Assembly (NCBI GenBank): GCA_043797085.1
Contig: JAZDQA010000009.1
Span: 1 to 64,000 of the forward strand
Reading direction: 5' to 3'
Source of the DNA: Pseudomonadota bacterium
Lineage (GTDB): Bacteria > Campylobacterota > Campylobacteria > Campylobacterales > Sulfurimonadaceae
DNA length: 64,000 bases
Position numbers and translations under genes: made by a program
Shown: in pieces, positions 10,126 to 20,832 of the stretch
Position numbering within the stretch: position 1 is the stretch's first letter
Layout: each line of letters begins with the position of its first letter
The notes under the pieces: generated by a model
What the model saw: only the letters and a program-made list of their open reading frames with translations
The model's database searches: none
Told to the model about the DNA's origin: nothing

Positions 10126-11065
10126 GGCGAATTTCAAAACACGCCCCCTTCGCCGTATTATGAACGCTCAATTTTCCTAAAAAATGTTTCTCTACAATCA
10201 TTTTTGCCATATACAGACCTATCCCCGTCCCTTGAGATTCAAACTTTGTTGTAAAATAGGGGTCAAATATTTTATCCATAACGTGTAACGGTACTCCGCC
10301 CCCGCTGTCTTCAATCGAAATCGTACAAAAGCGACTGTTATTTTCACACGATATATGAATCACTCTCTCGGTATTTTTACTCTGTTCAATCGCTTCACGT
10401 GCATTATTCACGAGATTAATCAATACTTGCTTGAGTTCATTTGGATAGACTAAAACGGTTATATCGGGATCAATATCTCGAATGAGAGTGATTTTTTTAC
10501 TCGCCAATAAAGGTCCAAGCAGTGTTTCCACCTCGCCGACAATATGATTAATATTGACCTTGCTTTGGACTCGATCATGTTTAAAAAAGTTTCTAAAATC
10601 ATCAATAGTTTGTGACATATACTGTATTTGCTGTTCAACAATTTCGATGGTTTTTTCCATATCTTCCATGCGACCAAAACTGCAACTAAGACTAAGTTTT
10701 GTCATTGAGAGCCCCAAAATATTAAGAGGCTGTCTCCACTGATGGGCGATGGATTCGACCATTGAGCCAATTTCTGCCATTTTAGCTTGCTGCATCAAGA
10801 TTTTCTCTTGAGTACGATTTTTTTCTACTGCTTTTTCTATCTCATCTTGGAGACGCTGATTAAAGGCTTCCAGCTCATTCGTACGACGAAGAACCAACTC
10901 ATCAAGTCGGCGATTTTTATACGCGATACTGAGTAAAATAGTGGCTAAAATCACGGCAGACATTATCAATAATGATGTGCTTGAAGCATACTCCACGTCG
11001 GAAGGAAACTCTTTTGACCATAGAGAACTATCAAAAATAATAAATAATAGTAATAATTTCTTCAT
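10034..11065 (-). CDS. Histidine kinase with minimal extracytoplasmic region
   Basis: IAHQWRQPL H-box, DSGGG, YFTTK, GTGIGL; two short hydrophobic segments at the N-terminus. Confidence 0.9.
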   Translation of the reverse strand: MKKLLLLFIIFDSSLWSKEFPSDVEYASSTSLLIMSAVILATILLSIAYKNRRLDELVLRRTNELEAFNQRLQDEIEKAVEKNRTQEKILMQQAKMAEIGSMVESIAHQWRQPLNILGLSMTKLSLSCSFGRMEDMEKTIEIVEQQIQYMSQTIDDFRNFFKHDRVQSKVNINHIVGEVETLLGPLLASKKITLIRDIDPDITVLVYPNELKQVLINLVNNAREAIEQSKNTERVIHISCENNSRFCTISIEDSGGGVPLHVMDKIFDPYFTTKFESQGTGIGLYMAKMIVEKHFLGKLSVHNTAKGACFEIRLNRVENEWRKNVLRKQIDATDANREHPEST

Positions 11066-11160
11066 AAAAAAAGTGTAGCAGAAGAATTATATTTTCATCC
11101 TTATGCCTCTTTGGGTTGTGATACGATAAAATCGCGATAATATTACCTTAAGGTCACATC

Positions 11161-14100
11161 ATGTCGGTCAAACAACAGCTTCTTGAAATACTCCAAAAAC
11201 GCCCTCTCATCATTGATGGCGCGATGGGAACCCAGCTTCAAGAGCGTGACGCTATGATTCCCTCCAGTGCATGGGAGGGTAACGAGGGATGTAACGAACT
11301 TCTCAATGTCACCGCTCCTGAAGTGATGAGCGATATTTTTCACGCCTATCTCACGTCAGGGGCAGATCTTCTCACCACCAATACTTTTGGCGCATTCAAC
11401 TGGGTTTTGGATGAATATCAAATCGGTCACAGAGCGTATGAACTTGCCCGTGCAGGGGCGCAAGTTTGCAGGGACGAGTGCGACAAGTTTTCCACTCCTA
11501 ATCATCGCCGTTTTGTTTTGGCTTCCATCGGACCTGGGACAAAACTCCCCTCACTTGGACACATTCATTATGATGAGATGTTCGCAGGATATATGGAGTG
11601 CTGCTTGGGACTTATCGATGGAGGGGCAGATATTTTTCTTCTCGAAACCTGCCAAGATCCGTTGCAGATCAAAGCGGCTCTTCATGCGTGTGAAGCGGCG
11701 AACAAAGAACGAAAAACCGATTTACCGATTATGGTTTCAGTCACCATCGAACTTGCAGGATCCATGCTTATCGGAACCGATGCCCAGACGATTGCAACCA
11801 TTTTAGAGCCTTTTGACATTCTCAGCCTCGGATTCAACTGCGGAACGGGACCTGAACAATACGGCAAACACGTTCGAACTCTCTCGCAAGTGTGGGGAAA
11901 ACCGATTTCTGTTCACGCCAATGCCGGACTGCCACAAAACCGTGGCGGTTACTCCTATTATCCGATGGGACCCGATGAGTTTGCACAACGTCAATACGAT
12001 TTTTTAGCTTTTGACGGAGTGAGTTTTTTAGGAGGCTGTTGCGGAACGACTCCTCAGCATATCCGCGCACTGGTAGACAAAGTTTCTACTATTGTTCCCA
12101 AAAAACCAAGCGGAAGCCAAGTCCCCTCTATCGCTTCACTGTTTAACACGGTCGAACTTATCCAACAACCCGCCCCGTTGCTCATAGGCGAGCGCTCCAA
12201 CTCTACGGGGTCCAAAGCGTTTCGCGAGCTTATCATCGAGGGTGATTATGAGGGGACACTCAGTGTCGGACAAGCCCAAGTACGTGATGGAGCGCACTGT
12301 CTGGATGTCAATGTTGAGTTTGCAGGTCGTGATGGTGCTGTAGACATGGCGCACGTCATGAGACTCTACAATCAAAAAATACCTCTTCCTCTGATGCCCG
12401 ATGCCACACGAGTCAATACAATGGAAGAGGCGCTCAAATGTATCGGCGGTAAACCCATCATCAACTCTGTCAATCTCGAAGACGGAGAAGAGAGACTCGA
12501 TGCCATTTGTTCGTTGGCAAAGAAATTTGGAACCGCATTAGTGTGTCTCGTTATCGATGAGAAGGGAATGGCAAAAACCACCGAAGACAAAATACGCATT
12601 GCCGATCGAATTTATGATTTGTGCGTTAATCGCCACCATATTGATCCACGTAATCTTATGTTTGATATGCTCACGTTTACCGTGGGAAGCGGAGACTTGG
12701 AATATCGTGATGCGGCAATACAAACTCTCGAAGCAATCCGTCAACTTCATGCCAAATATCCCGATGTAGGCTCAACCCTTGGGCTGTCTAATATCTCCTT
12801 TGGTCTGAGTGCAAGTTCCCGTGTCTTTTTAAACAGTGTCTTTTTACACCACTGTATCGCTGCTGGAATGACCTCGGTTATCATTAACGTCAAACACATC
12901 GTCCCTCTGTCAAAAATGAGCGATCAAGAAAGGGAACTGTGTGAAGAGCTTTTATTTACCCCTAACGACCAATCACTGTTCAACTTTATCAACCACTTTA
13001 GTGACGTCACGATTGACAACACCAAAAATGACGAAGAATATGAAGCGCTCCAGACGCACGAAAAAATAGCCAAACTCCTCATCGACGGCGACAAAGAGAG
13101 GATGATCCCGCTGGTAGAAAATGCCCGCCACACGATCAAAGCCGATACAATCGTCAATGAGATCCTCATTGATGCGATGAAAGTGGTCGGGGAGCTGTTT
13201 GGAAGCGGGAAAATGCAATTGCCGTTTGTACTGCAAAGCGCCGAGACGATGAAAACCACCGTTGATTATCTCAACCCTTATCTCACCAAACAAGAAAAAG
13301 ATACCGATACAACTCTCGTGATCGGAACGGTAAAAGGAGATGTCCACGATGTGGGAAAAAATCTCGTGGATATTATCCTCTCCAACAACGGCTTCAAAGT
13401 CATCAATGTAGGGATCAAAACCGAACTCGATGAGTATTTAGACGTGATGAAAACCAACGAAATCCATGCTATCGGTATGTCTGGACTCTTAGTTAAATCG
13501 ACCCAAGTGATGAAAGATAATCTCGAAACGTTGAGCAGTATGGGGATAACCATCCCCGTCTTGTTGGGTGGTGCGGCACTCACTCGAAGTTTTGTGGATG
13601 ATTTTTGCCGACCTTTCTATGGGGGTCCGATCTTTTATTGCCGTGATGCCTTTGATGGTGTCATTGCCATGAGCCGTATTGAGAAATACAATGAAAATCC
13701 CGATGTTGGCTTGGATGTCAGACTGGGTGGGGACATGGTTGAACGCGAAATCAAAAAGGTTAAAGAGGTCATTATCCCCCCATTCTCTGAGCTTAAAATG
13801 CCTTCTCGTGAGGTAAAAGTCCCTACTCCTCCGTTTTGGGGTCGTCGAGTTTTACGCAAAGAACAGCTCGATTTTGACATGGTATGCGAGTGGATCAACA
13901 AGCGAAGTTTGTTCAAAATGCACTGGGGCTATAAACGTGCAGGGATGGATGTAAATGCCTATAAAAGACTCTTAGAGACAAAAGTCTACCCAGCCTACGA
14001 GCGGATAAAACGAGAAATCGTAAAGCGCGGGTTGTTTGATCCAACCATAATTTATGGCTACTATCCGGTGCGAAGCAGTGATCAAGAAATCCTCATTTTC

Positions 14101-14661
14101 GATGAGAGCTACGGATGGAATGTGGATGAAAACGCCAACCGTATGCCTCTTGAAAATGTTATAGGCAATGCCAAATATCTCTTTGAGTTTCCACGTCAAC
14201 GCAAAAGCCCTCATCGTGCACTCAGTGACTTTTTCACTCACACTCGTGATGATGTTTTACCACTAACATGTGTTAGTGTAGGAGATAAATTCAGCGCTTA
14301 CGAGCAAGAGCTGTACGCCAACAATGAGTACCTAGAATACAATATGGTGCATGGTTTTGGGGTAGAACTTGCTGAAGCACTCGCTGAAGTCGCACACAAG
14401 CAAATCCGATTGGATCTGGGGATTGTAAGTGATGATGAAGGGAATAGTTTGCGTGATGTCAGGATGAACCGATATTCTGGAGCACGTTACAGTTTTGGTT
14501 ATCCGGCATGTCCCGATTTGGAGCAAAGCCGCATCATCTTTGATTTGTTACGCCCCGAAGAGTTTGGAATCGTTCTTTCCGAAACCTTTCAAATCCATCC
14601 CGAACAAAGTACGACGGCACTCGTTGTCCATCACAAAGAGGCGACGTATTACAGTGTTTAA
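11161..14661 (+). CDS. metH: Cobalamin-dependent methionine synthase
   Basis: DGAMGT, GGCCGT, pterin-binding domain, GDVHDVGKNLV B12 motif, RYSFGYPACPD. Confidence 0.98.
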   Translation: MSVKQQLLEILQKRPLIIDGAMGTQLQERDAMIPSSAWEGNEGCNELLNVTAPEVMSDIFHAYLTSGADLLTTNTFGAFNWVLDEYQIGHRAYELARAGAQVCRDECDKFSTPNHRRFVLASIGPGTKLPSLGHIHYDEMFAGYMECCLGLIDGGADIFLLETCQDPLQIKAALHACEAANKERKTDLPIMVSVTIELAGSMLIGTDAQTIATILEPFDILSLGFNCGTGPEQYGKHVRTLSQVWGKPISVHANAGLPQNRGGYSYYPMGPDEFAQRQYDFLAFDGVSFLGGCCGTTPQHIRALVDKVSTIVPKKPSGSQVPSIASLFNTVELIQQPAPLLIGERSNSTGSKAFRELIIEGDYEGTLSVGQAQVRDGAHCLDVNVEFAGRDGAVDMAHVMRLYNQKIPLPLMPDATRVNTMEEALKCIGGKPIINSVNLEDGEERLDAICSLAKKFGTALVCLVIDEKGMAKTTEDKIRIADRIYDLCVNRHHIDPRNLMFDMLTFTVGSGDLEYRDAAIQTLEAIRQLHAKYPDVGSTLGLSNISFGLSASSRVFLNSVFLHHCIAAGMTSVIINVKHIVPLSKMSDQERELCEELLFTPNDQSLFNFINHFSDVTIDNTKNDEEYEALQTHEKIAKLLIDGDKERMIPLVENARHTIKADTIVNEILIDAMKVVGELFGSGKMQLPFVLQSAETMKTTVDYLNPYLTKQEKDTDTTLVIGTVKGDVHDVGKNLVDIILSNNGFKVINVGIKTELDEYLDVMKTNEIHAIGMSGLLVKSTQVMKDNLETLSSMGITIPVLLGGAALTRSFVDDFCRPFYGGPIFYCRDAFDGVIAMSRIEKYNENPDVGLDVRLGGDMVEREIKKVKEVIIPPFSELKMPSREVKVPTPPFWGRRVLRKEQLDFDMVCEWINKRSLFKMHWGYKRAGMDVNAYKRLLETKVYPAYERIKREIVKRGLFDPTIIYGYYPVRSSDQEILIFDESYGWNVDENANRMPLENVIGNAKYLFEFPRQRKSPHRALSDFFTHTRDDVLPLTCVSVGDKFSAYEQELYANNEYLEYNMVHGFGVELAEALAEVAHKQIRLDLGIVSDDEGNSLRDVRMNRYSGARYSFGYPACPDLEQSRIIFDLLRPEEFGIVLSETFQIHPEQSTTALVVHHKEATYYSV

Positions 14662-14669
14662 TGTATTCG

Positions 14670-15845
14670 TCATTCTCCATTCGCCCACACCTTTTTCATC
14701 CATTCCCCCATCTTCGCTTCATACCCGCTGTTTTTAAACTCGACAAATTTTAGCGGTTTTGAGAGATATTTCTGTTCTACCCATCCGCCAAAGTCATGCG
14801 GGTAAAGATAGTTTGCTCCGCGTGGGCGTATTGCATCGGGGATTTCCAAAATCACTCCATTTTTGACCGCTTCGAGCGCTGAATTAATCGCATTGTAGGC
14901 AGTATTGGATTTAGGGGAAGCACAGAGATAAATCACGGCTTGCGCCAAAATAATCCGAGATTCAGGATACCCGATTTGCTTCACGCTCATCATTGCTGAG
15001 GTGCATAACGTTAGGGCTTGCGGGTTTGCATTGCCTACGTCTTCACTAGAGAGTATGACCAGCCGTCGAGCGATAAACTCAGGCGGTTCACCTCCCTCGA
15101 TAAGGCGGGCGAGATAATAGATCGCCGCATCCGCATCACTCCCTCGAATACTCTTAATCAATGCGGAAGCTAAATCATAATGAACCCCTGCTTCCGAACT
15201 TCCCTGTGCTTGCGCGGTAGGGCGAAGAGATTTGAGCAAAGAGAGGGTCATAGGTTTATTAAGAGCTGACGCCACCTCAAGCAGCTTAAGCATTGCACGG
15301 GCATCACCTCCCGAACTGGCGATTAAATACTCACGAGCATCGTCTTCCACCGCGATAGACGTTCGAGCTAACAAATCTTCTAACGCATCAACACCAATCG
15401 TTTGTAACTCAAACAAGAGCGAACGAGAGCGCATCGCTGCAGTAAGGCTAAAATAGGGATTTTCTGTCGATGCACCGATGACTAACGCACTGTTTTTTTC
15501 CATAACCGGCAATAACACCTCTTGCTGGTTCTTCGCAAGGCGATGCACCTCATCGATAAAAACAAGAGGCTTAGTGAGAGAATTTTCGTATTGATTAAAA
15601 ATTTTACGTAAATCTTCGATTTTGAGAGAAGTTGCATTAAATTCATAAAAAGGAAGTTCCATAACTGAGGCGATGATCCGAGCCAATGTGGTTTTACCAC
15701 AACCGGGAGGACCATAAAAAAAAGAGTGGGTGAGGTTTCCGCTTTCGCAAAGGGAACGTAACGGTGCTTCGCTTGAGCATAAATGAGATTGTCCTACTAC
15801 CTCATCAAAGGTTTTAGGACGAAGTAAATAGGTGAAGTCAGCCAT
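14670..15845 (-). CDS. rarA: Replication-associated recombination protein A (MgsA/RarA)
   Basis: GPPGCGKTT, IDEVHR, GASTENP, SALIKSIRGSD, SEDVGNA. Start is 15845 or 15851. Confidence 0.95.
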   Translation of the reverse strand: MADFTYLLRPKTFDEVVGQSHLCSSEAPLRSLCESGNLTHSFFYGPPGCGKTTLARIIASVMELPFYEFNATSLKIEDLRKIFNQYENSLTKPLVFIDEVHRLAKNQQEVLLPVMEKNSALVIGASTENPYFSLTAAMRSRSLLFELQTIGVDALEDLLARTSIAVEDDAREYLIASSGGDARAMLKLLEVASALNKPMTLSLLKSLRPTAQAQGSSEAGVHYDLASALIKSIRGSDADAAIYYLARLIEGGEPPEFIARRLVILSSEDVGNANPQALTLCTSAMMSVKQIGYPESRIILAQAVIYLCASPKSNTAYNAINSALEAVKNGVILEIPDAIRPRGANYLYPHDFGGWVEQKYLSKPLKFVEFKNSGYEAKMGEWMKKVWANGE

Positions 15846-15864
15846 GAGCACTCTTTATTTGAAC

Positions 15865-15931
15865 GCCAAAGGAATAAATCCCTTTAGCTACGCTAGCCGC
15901 TAAGGCACTAAAGCTTCGCTCGTGCGAGCGA
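15865..15931 (-). repeat. Structured intergenic element, copy C
   Basis: Minus strand: TCGCTCG/CGAGCGA hairpin; TGCCTTAG; TAGCGTAG; GCTAAAGGGAT-TT-ATTCCTTTGGC hairpin. Confidence 0.7.
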
Positions 15932-15941
15932 GCGAGATATT

Positions 15942-16928
15942 TTATTTCTTAAACTTATTATCTGTTTTCGGTCTGTATTTATTAGTACCAAAGACTTCAC
16001 TTTCAGGCTTCACTTTTTTATCTTTGATAAACTCTCGCTTGGTCGGTTTTTTCTCGTCTTTTGCTGCTGGCTTTGCGCTAAATTTATCGTCTTTTGAAAA
16101 CTTTTTATCAAATTTACCGAGAGCACCGGTAAACTTTTTCTCAGATTTTTGTTTCATTTTAGCTGCTTTTTCCGCTGTTTCTAAAAAGTCACGCAAAGAA
16201 GCATATTCGTTACGCTCCAAAAAGCGAACTTTGCCCGTTGGAAGATTGTTGAGTTCTATTCCTCCAAAACTAAGACGTTTTAGATCCACTATTTCAGCAC
16301 CAAAGTGAGCGAAAAAGCGACGAAGTTCACGGTTTTGTCCCTCTCCGATGGCGACTTTGAGGATCGAATAATCCCCTTGATCTTTTTGCACTTGATAGGC
16401 GTAAAACGGAGCAAAGCTCATTGGACCTTCTTCAGCATACTCATGCGCACCGGCACTTGCATCGTCAAGCTCCAATCCTTCACCCATGGCGATTTTCATC
16501 CCCTCGGTAACAGGCCCTTTGATTTTAATCTTGTAAACACGTTCCATTTTAGAGGTCATCAGTGCCGTAGCAACACGCGATGCATCAGTGAGAAGCAATA
16601 GCCCTTCTGACGCATAGTCCAAACGTCCTACTGGGATAAAATGTTTGTAATTTTTAGAAAGTGAATCATAAATTGTTTTACGGTTTTGAGGATCTTTTTT
16701 CGTTACTAACTCACCTCTTGGCTTGTTATAAACAATCACCGTAAATTGATCTGTTGCAGTAATTTTATTACCACTCACGCTGACATTGGCACTGCGCTCA
16801 TCTACAGATACGGCCGGATTTTTTTCGATTTCACCATCGATACGGACATACCCATCCAAAATCGCCTGATCTGCTTCACGGCGAGAATAGGTCGAGTAGT
16901 GGGCTATAAATTTATTAAGTCTCATCAT
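15942..16928 (-). CDS. rluB: rRNA pseudouridine synthase (RsuA/RluB family)
   Basis: S4 domain RLNKFIA..SRREAD, GRLDYASEGLLLLT, EGQNRELRR; Lys-rich tail. Confidence 0.85.
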   Translation of the reverse strand: MMRLNKFIAHYSTYSRREADQAILDGYVRIDGEIEKNPAVSVDERSANVSVSGNKITATDQFTVIVYNKPRGELVTKKDPQNRKTIYDSLSKNYKHFIPVGRLDYASEGLLLLTDASRVATALMTSKMERVYKIKIKGPVTEGMKIAMGEGLELDDASAGAHEYAEEGPMSFAPFYAYQVQKDQGDYSILKVAIGEGQNRELRRFFAHFGAEIVDLKRLSFGGIELNNLPTGKVRFLERNEYASLRDFLETAEKAAKMKQKSEKKFTGALGKFDKKFSKDDKFSAKPAAKDEKKPTKREFIKDKKVKPESEVFGTNKYRPKTDNKFKK

Positions 16929-17893
16929 GAGATACCTGCTTCCACGAGTGTATGAAGATGCAATGCACCTTGAATTTTGCCTTCACCATCGGTGACGACT
17001 AACAATTGAATTTTTTTGTTTTCGATCAACACCAACGCATCGCTTGCAAGCATGAAGCCATCATTTATGACCATTGGATTTTTCGTCGCGTACTCAAAAG
17101 CACTTGTTTCCAGTGAAAAATCTTTTCCCAGCAAGGCACGACGGATATCTCCGTCACTGAGCAATCCTGAGAGTTTTCCCTCACTATTTGTGAGCATAAC
17201 CGTACCTAAACGCCCTTCGCTGAGAACCAAAATCGCCTCTTTAAGCGGAGTGTTTTCGCTAACAATAGGGAGATTTTCGGTACGCATCAAATCGGATACT
17301 TTTACAAACAATTTTTTGCCCAATGCACCACCCGGGTGAAACGAGGCAAAATCTTCTTTTTTAAATCCGCGGGCTTCCATCAGACATACCGCCAATGCAT
17401 CACCCATGGCCAAAGTCAGTGTCGTAGAGCTCGTAGGGGCAATGTTCAAAGGGCATGCTTCAACCGCAACATTGATGTTAATCACCTCATCACTGTAACG
17501 ACCCAATGTCGATGCACTGTTGCGTGTCATACCGATCAAGGGGATATCAAAACGCTTAATATGAGGCAAAATGGCACTAAGTTCAGGACTCTCACCACTA
17601 TAACTAATAGCAATAACAACATCATCACCGTCAATCATCCCTAAATCACCGTGCAACGCTTCGGTCGGATGGAGAAAAAAGCTCGGCGTCCCAGTAGAGG
17701 CAAACGTTGCTGCCATTTTAGCCCCGATAAGTCCTGATTTTCCGACACCCGTAATGATGAGTTTTCCACGGCATGCGAGAATGATCTCCACACATTTTGG
17801 AATCTCATTCCCGATGGTTTTCATCGCATCACGCAATGTTTGCGCTTCGATTTCAAGTGTCTTGCAGGCTATTGCGATATAATCGTTGTTCAT
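16925..17893 (-). CDS. kdsD: Arabinose-5-phosphate isomerase (KpsF/GutQ/KdsD family)
   Basis: GVGKSG, HPTEALHGDLG, APTSSTT, FHPGGALG plus a CBS pair. Confidence 0.9.
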   Translation of the reverse strand: MNNDYIAIACKTLEIEAQTLRDAMKTIGNEIPKCVEIILACRGKLIITGVGKSGLIGAKMAATFASTGTPSFFLHPTEALHGDLGMIDGDDVVIAISYSGESPELSAILPHIKRFDIPLIGMTRNSASTLGRYSDEVININVAVEACPLNIAPTSSTTLTLAMGDALAVCLMEARGFKKEDFASFHPGGALGKKLFVKVSDLMRTENLPIVSENTPLKEAILVLSEGRLGTVMLTNSEGKLSGLLSDGDIRRALLGKDFSLETSAFEYATKNPMVINDGFMLASDALVLIENKKIQLLVVTDGEGKIQGALHLHTLVEAGIS

Positions 17894-17924
17894 ATACTAA
17901 TTATAGCGGAAATGGACTTTATCC

Positions 17925-19316
17925 ATGCAAAACCTTTATGTAGACGTATCCTCTCTAGATTATCGTGCCGTAGACAAATTCGCCCTGAGCGAAGAAATCA
18001 TGATGGAGCACGCCGCCATCGCGGTAGAGCGTACCATTCGTGAACGTTTCGTCCTTGGTTCATCCATTCTCATCGTCTGCGGAAGCGGTAACAATGGGGC
18101 AGATGGATTGGCTCTTGCACGGCTTCTTGAAGAGTCTTACGATGTCATTCTTCATCTCCCTTTTGGCGTCTCCTCCCCTCTTGCAAAACTTCAACTAAAG
18201 CGTCTTGATGCATTAGGGATTAAAAGCGAACGGCTTCCTAAAAGTGCCGATGTCATCGTCGATGCCCTTTTCGGAAGCGGTTTAAGTCGACCGTTAGACT
18301 CTGCCACCGTCAAAATATTAGAGACGCTCAATACACTCCAAGGATTTAAAATCGCCTGTGATATTCCCAGCGGATTACATCTGGACGGGTCATGTGAGTC
18401 TCACTCGTTTAAAGCGGGTCTCACCGTCACGATGGGGGCACTAAAGCGTGGAATGTTTAGCGACCATGCCAAAGAAATCGTAGGTGAAATCATCGTTGCA
18501 GATTTGGGAATTCATCACAATCATTATGAAATACCCTCTCAGTGGCACCTCCTTGAAGTCAGTGATTTACGTCTGCCTATTCGCACAACCGTATCCGCCC
18601 ACAAGGGATCGTATGGACATTTAGCCCTAATATGCGGCGAAAAATCAGGCGCTGCGGTCATTGCAGGCTCGGCTGCTTTGCGATTTGGTGCGGGTTTGGT
18701 CACACTTGTGAGCAATGAAAATGTCCCACTCCCTTATGAGTTGATGCAAAGCCACTCCCTCCCTGAAAATACGACCGCAATTGCATTAGGGATGGGAATG
18801 GGGTCTGAATTTGGAGATGATGAACTTACACGTATACTCGACAATGCCCATCCTCTTGTCTTGGATGCCGACATCTTTTACCATCCGATGTTTGTGCAAC
18901 TACTCACACGTCCCAATATCGTCCTAACTCCTCATCCAAAAGAGTTCACCCAAATTCTTCGTGTTTGCGAAATCGCCGATATTGACACGGCAACCCTCCA
19001 AAAAGATCGTTTTAACTATGCCCAAAAATTTTGTGACACCTTTCCTAACACAGTGTTAGTACTCAAAGGATCCAACGTACTCATCGCTCGCAATAAAGAC
19101 TTTTTCATCAATCCTCACGGAACGGTCAACCTTGCCAAGGGAGGAAGCGGAGATGTCCTCTCCGGACTCATCGCAGCACTGCTGGCACAAGGATATGATC
19201 CGCTCAAATCAGCCCTCCAAGGCTCGCTTGCCCATGCAATCGCATCGCAAAAATTTGCCAAGAACAACTATGCTATGACCCCTCTTGATCTCATCGAAAG
19301 TATCACTACCCTATGA
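17925..19316 (+). CDS. nnr: Bifunctional NAD(P)H-hydrate epimerase/dehydratase
   Basis: CGSGNNGADG, HKGSYG, TPHPKEF, GGSGDVLSG. Confidence 0.93.
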   Translation: MQNLYVDVSSLDYRAVDKFALSEEIMMEHAAIAVERTIRERFVLGSSILIVCGSGNNGADGLALARLLEESYDVILHLPFGVSSPLAKLQLKRLDALGIKSERLPKSADVIVDALFGSGLSRPLDSATVKILETLNTLQGFKIACDIPSGLHLDGSCESHSFKAGLTVTMGALKRGMFSDHAKEIVGEIIVADLGIHHNHYEIPSQWHLLEVSDLRLPIRTTVSAHKGSYGHLALICGEKSGAAVIAGSAALRFGAGLVTLVSNENVPLPYELMQSHSLPENTTAIALGMGMGSEFGDDELTRILDNAHPLVLDADIFYHPMFVQLLTRPNIVLTPHPKEFTQILRVCEIADIDTATLQKDRFNYAQKFCDTFPNTVLVLKGSNVLIARNKDFFINPHGTVNLAKGGSGDVLSGLIAALLAQGYDPLKSALQGSLAHAIASQKFAKNNYAMTPLDLIESITTL

Positions 19317-19864
19317 AAAAAATCGTTGCCCTATTTAGCGGCGAGGGAACCAACCTCGCAAACTTAATTGAAAAAATTCATCATAAACATGGTCTTATCA
19401 CCTGTGCCATTACTAACAATCCAAACGCAGGTGGTATTGCCAAAGCCAAAATCGCAAATATCCCCGTCGAAGTATGCGACCATAGAGAGTATGAAACTCG
19501 TGAAGATTACGACAAAGCCTTGGTCGAAATGGTACAAGAATACGATCCAGACCTCGTTGTACTGTGTGGATTTATGCGGATTCTCACCCCTGTTTTTACC
19601 ACTAAAATCAAAGCCATCAACCTTCACCCCTCCCTTCTCCCTGCCTTCAAAGGTGCTCGTGCGATTGAGCGAAGTTTCGAAAGTGATGAAACTATTTGTG
19701 GCGTAAGTGTCCACTGGGTGAGTGATGAGCTCGACGGGGGAGCAATAATCTTACAAAAAAGTTTTACTAAAAACCCCGCTGATACTTTAGAAGAATTTTC
19801 GGCTAAAATTCGCGAAATTGAGCATGAAATTTTACCCTTGAGTGTTATACAAATATTAAAATAA
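19313..19864 (+). CDS. purN: Phosphoribosylglycinamide formyltransferase
   Basis: [29 protein letters not shown]. Confidence 0.95.
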   Translation: MKKIVALFSGEGTNLANLIEKIHHKHGLITCAITNNPNAGGIAKAKIANIPVEVCDHREYETREDYDKALVEMVQEYDPDLVVLCGFMRILTPVFTTKIKAINLHPSLLPAFKGARAIERSFESDETICGVSVHWVSDELDGGAIILQKSFTKNPADTLEEFSAKIREIEHEILPLSVIQILK

Positions 19865-19877
19865 GGAATCTCATAAA

Positions 19878-20654
19878 ATGCACACATTACAAATCGGAAA
19901 ATATACTCTCGGAAGCCGTCTCATCGTAGGAAGCGGAAAATATGACTCGTTTGAGACAACCAAAGCAGCGACGTTAGCAAGCGGTTCAGAACTTATCACT
20001 GTAGCAGTACGCCGTCTCAATATCACCAACCCCAATGAGCCAAATTTACGTGATACTTTCGCCAACACAAACGTCAGATTTTTACCTAATTCTGCCGGAT
20101 GTACCACCGCCGAAGAAGCCATCACCCTTTTTCGCCTCACGCGAGAAGCAACCGGGATTGATCTGATAAAACTCGAAGTGATCGGTGACACCCAAAAAAC
20201 TCTCTACCCCGATGTATTAGAAACCATCAAAGCGTGTGAAGTGTTAGCGCGTGATGGCTTTACGATTATGGCGTACACCAGCGATGATCCGATCATGGCA
20301 CGCCGTCTCGAAGACGCAGGCGCTCATGCCATCATGCCTCTCGCTGCACCTATTGGCAGCGGATTGGGAGTTCAAAACCGTTATAACATCGTGTTTGTAC
20401 GCGAAGCGGTTAAAGTGCCCATTATCGTCGATGCGGGGATTGGGTGTGCCAGTGATGCAGCGTTAGCCATGGAATTGGGTGCGGATGGTATTTTAACCAA
20501 TACCGCTATTGCCCAAGCAAAAAATCCGATGATGATGGCAGAAGCTATGAAAAATGCGGTGATTGCAGGACGATTGAGTTATTTAGCGGGTCGTATTCCA
20601 AAACGCCCATATGCAACCGCAAGCTCACCAATTGATGGGATGATACAATTTTAA
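19878..20654 (+). CDS. thiG: Thiazole synthase
   Basis: [36 protein letters not shown]. Confidence 0.97.
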   Translation: MHTLQIGKYTLGSRLIVGSGKYDSFETTKAATLASGSELITVAVRRLNITNPNEPNLRDTFANTNVRFLPNSAGCTTAEEAITLFRLTREATGIDLIKLEVIGDTQKTLYPDVLETIKACEVLARDGFTIMAYTSDDPIMARRLEDAGAHAIMPLAAPIGSGLGVQNRYNIVFVREAVKVPIIVDAGIGCASDAALAMELGADGILTNTAIAQAKNPMMMAEAMKNAVIAGRLSYLAGRIPKRPYATASSPIDGMIQF

Positions 20655-20669
20655 TATTTCAATAATAAT

Positions 20670-20744
20670 GCCCTCACGCCACACCAAGAGCGAGGTCGCG
20701 TGCCGTAGGGTAAACGCGTACACTCAGCGTTCTGGTGTGAGGGC
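20670..20744 (+). repeat. Structured intergenic element, copy D (divergent variant)
   Basis: Outer stem GCCCTCACGCCA/TGGTGTGAGGGC encloses CGCG-TGCCGTAG..-CGCG and ACTCAGCGTT. Confidence 0.55.
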
Positions 20745-20832
20745 GATTTTCTTTTATAGAAACATTTTGCTTTGCAAAAGCGGTTCCCTTGTTTTGTTTC
20801 TTTTCTTATGAAAAAGAAAAGAAAATAGATAT

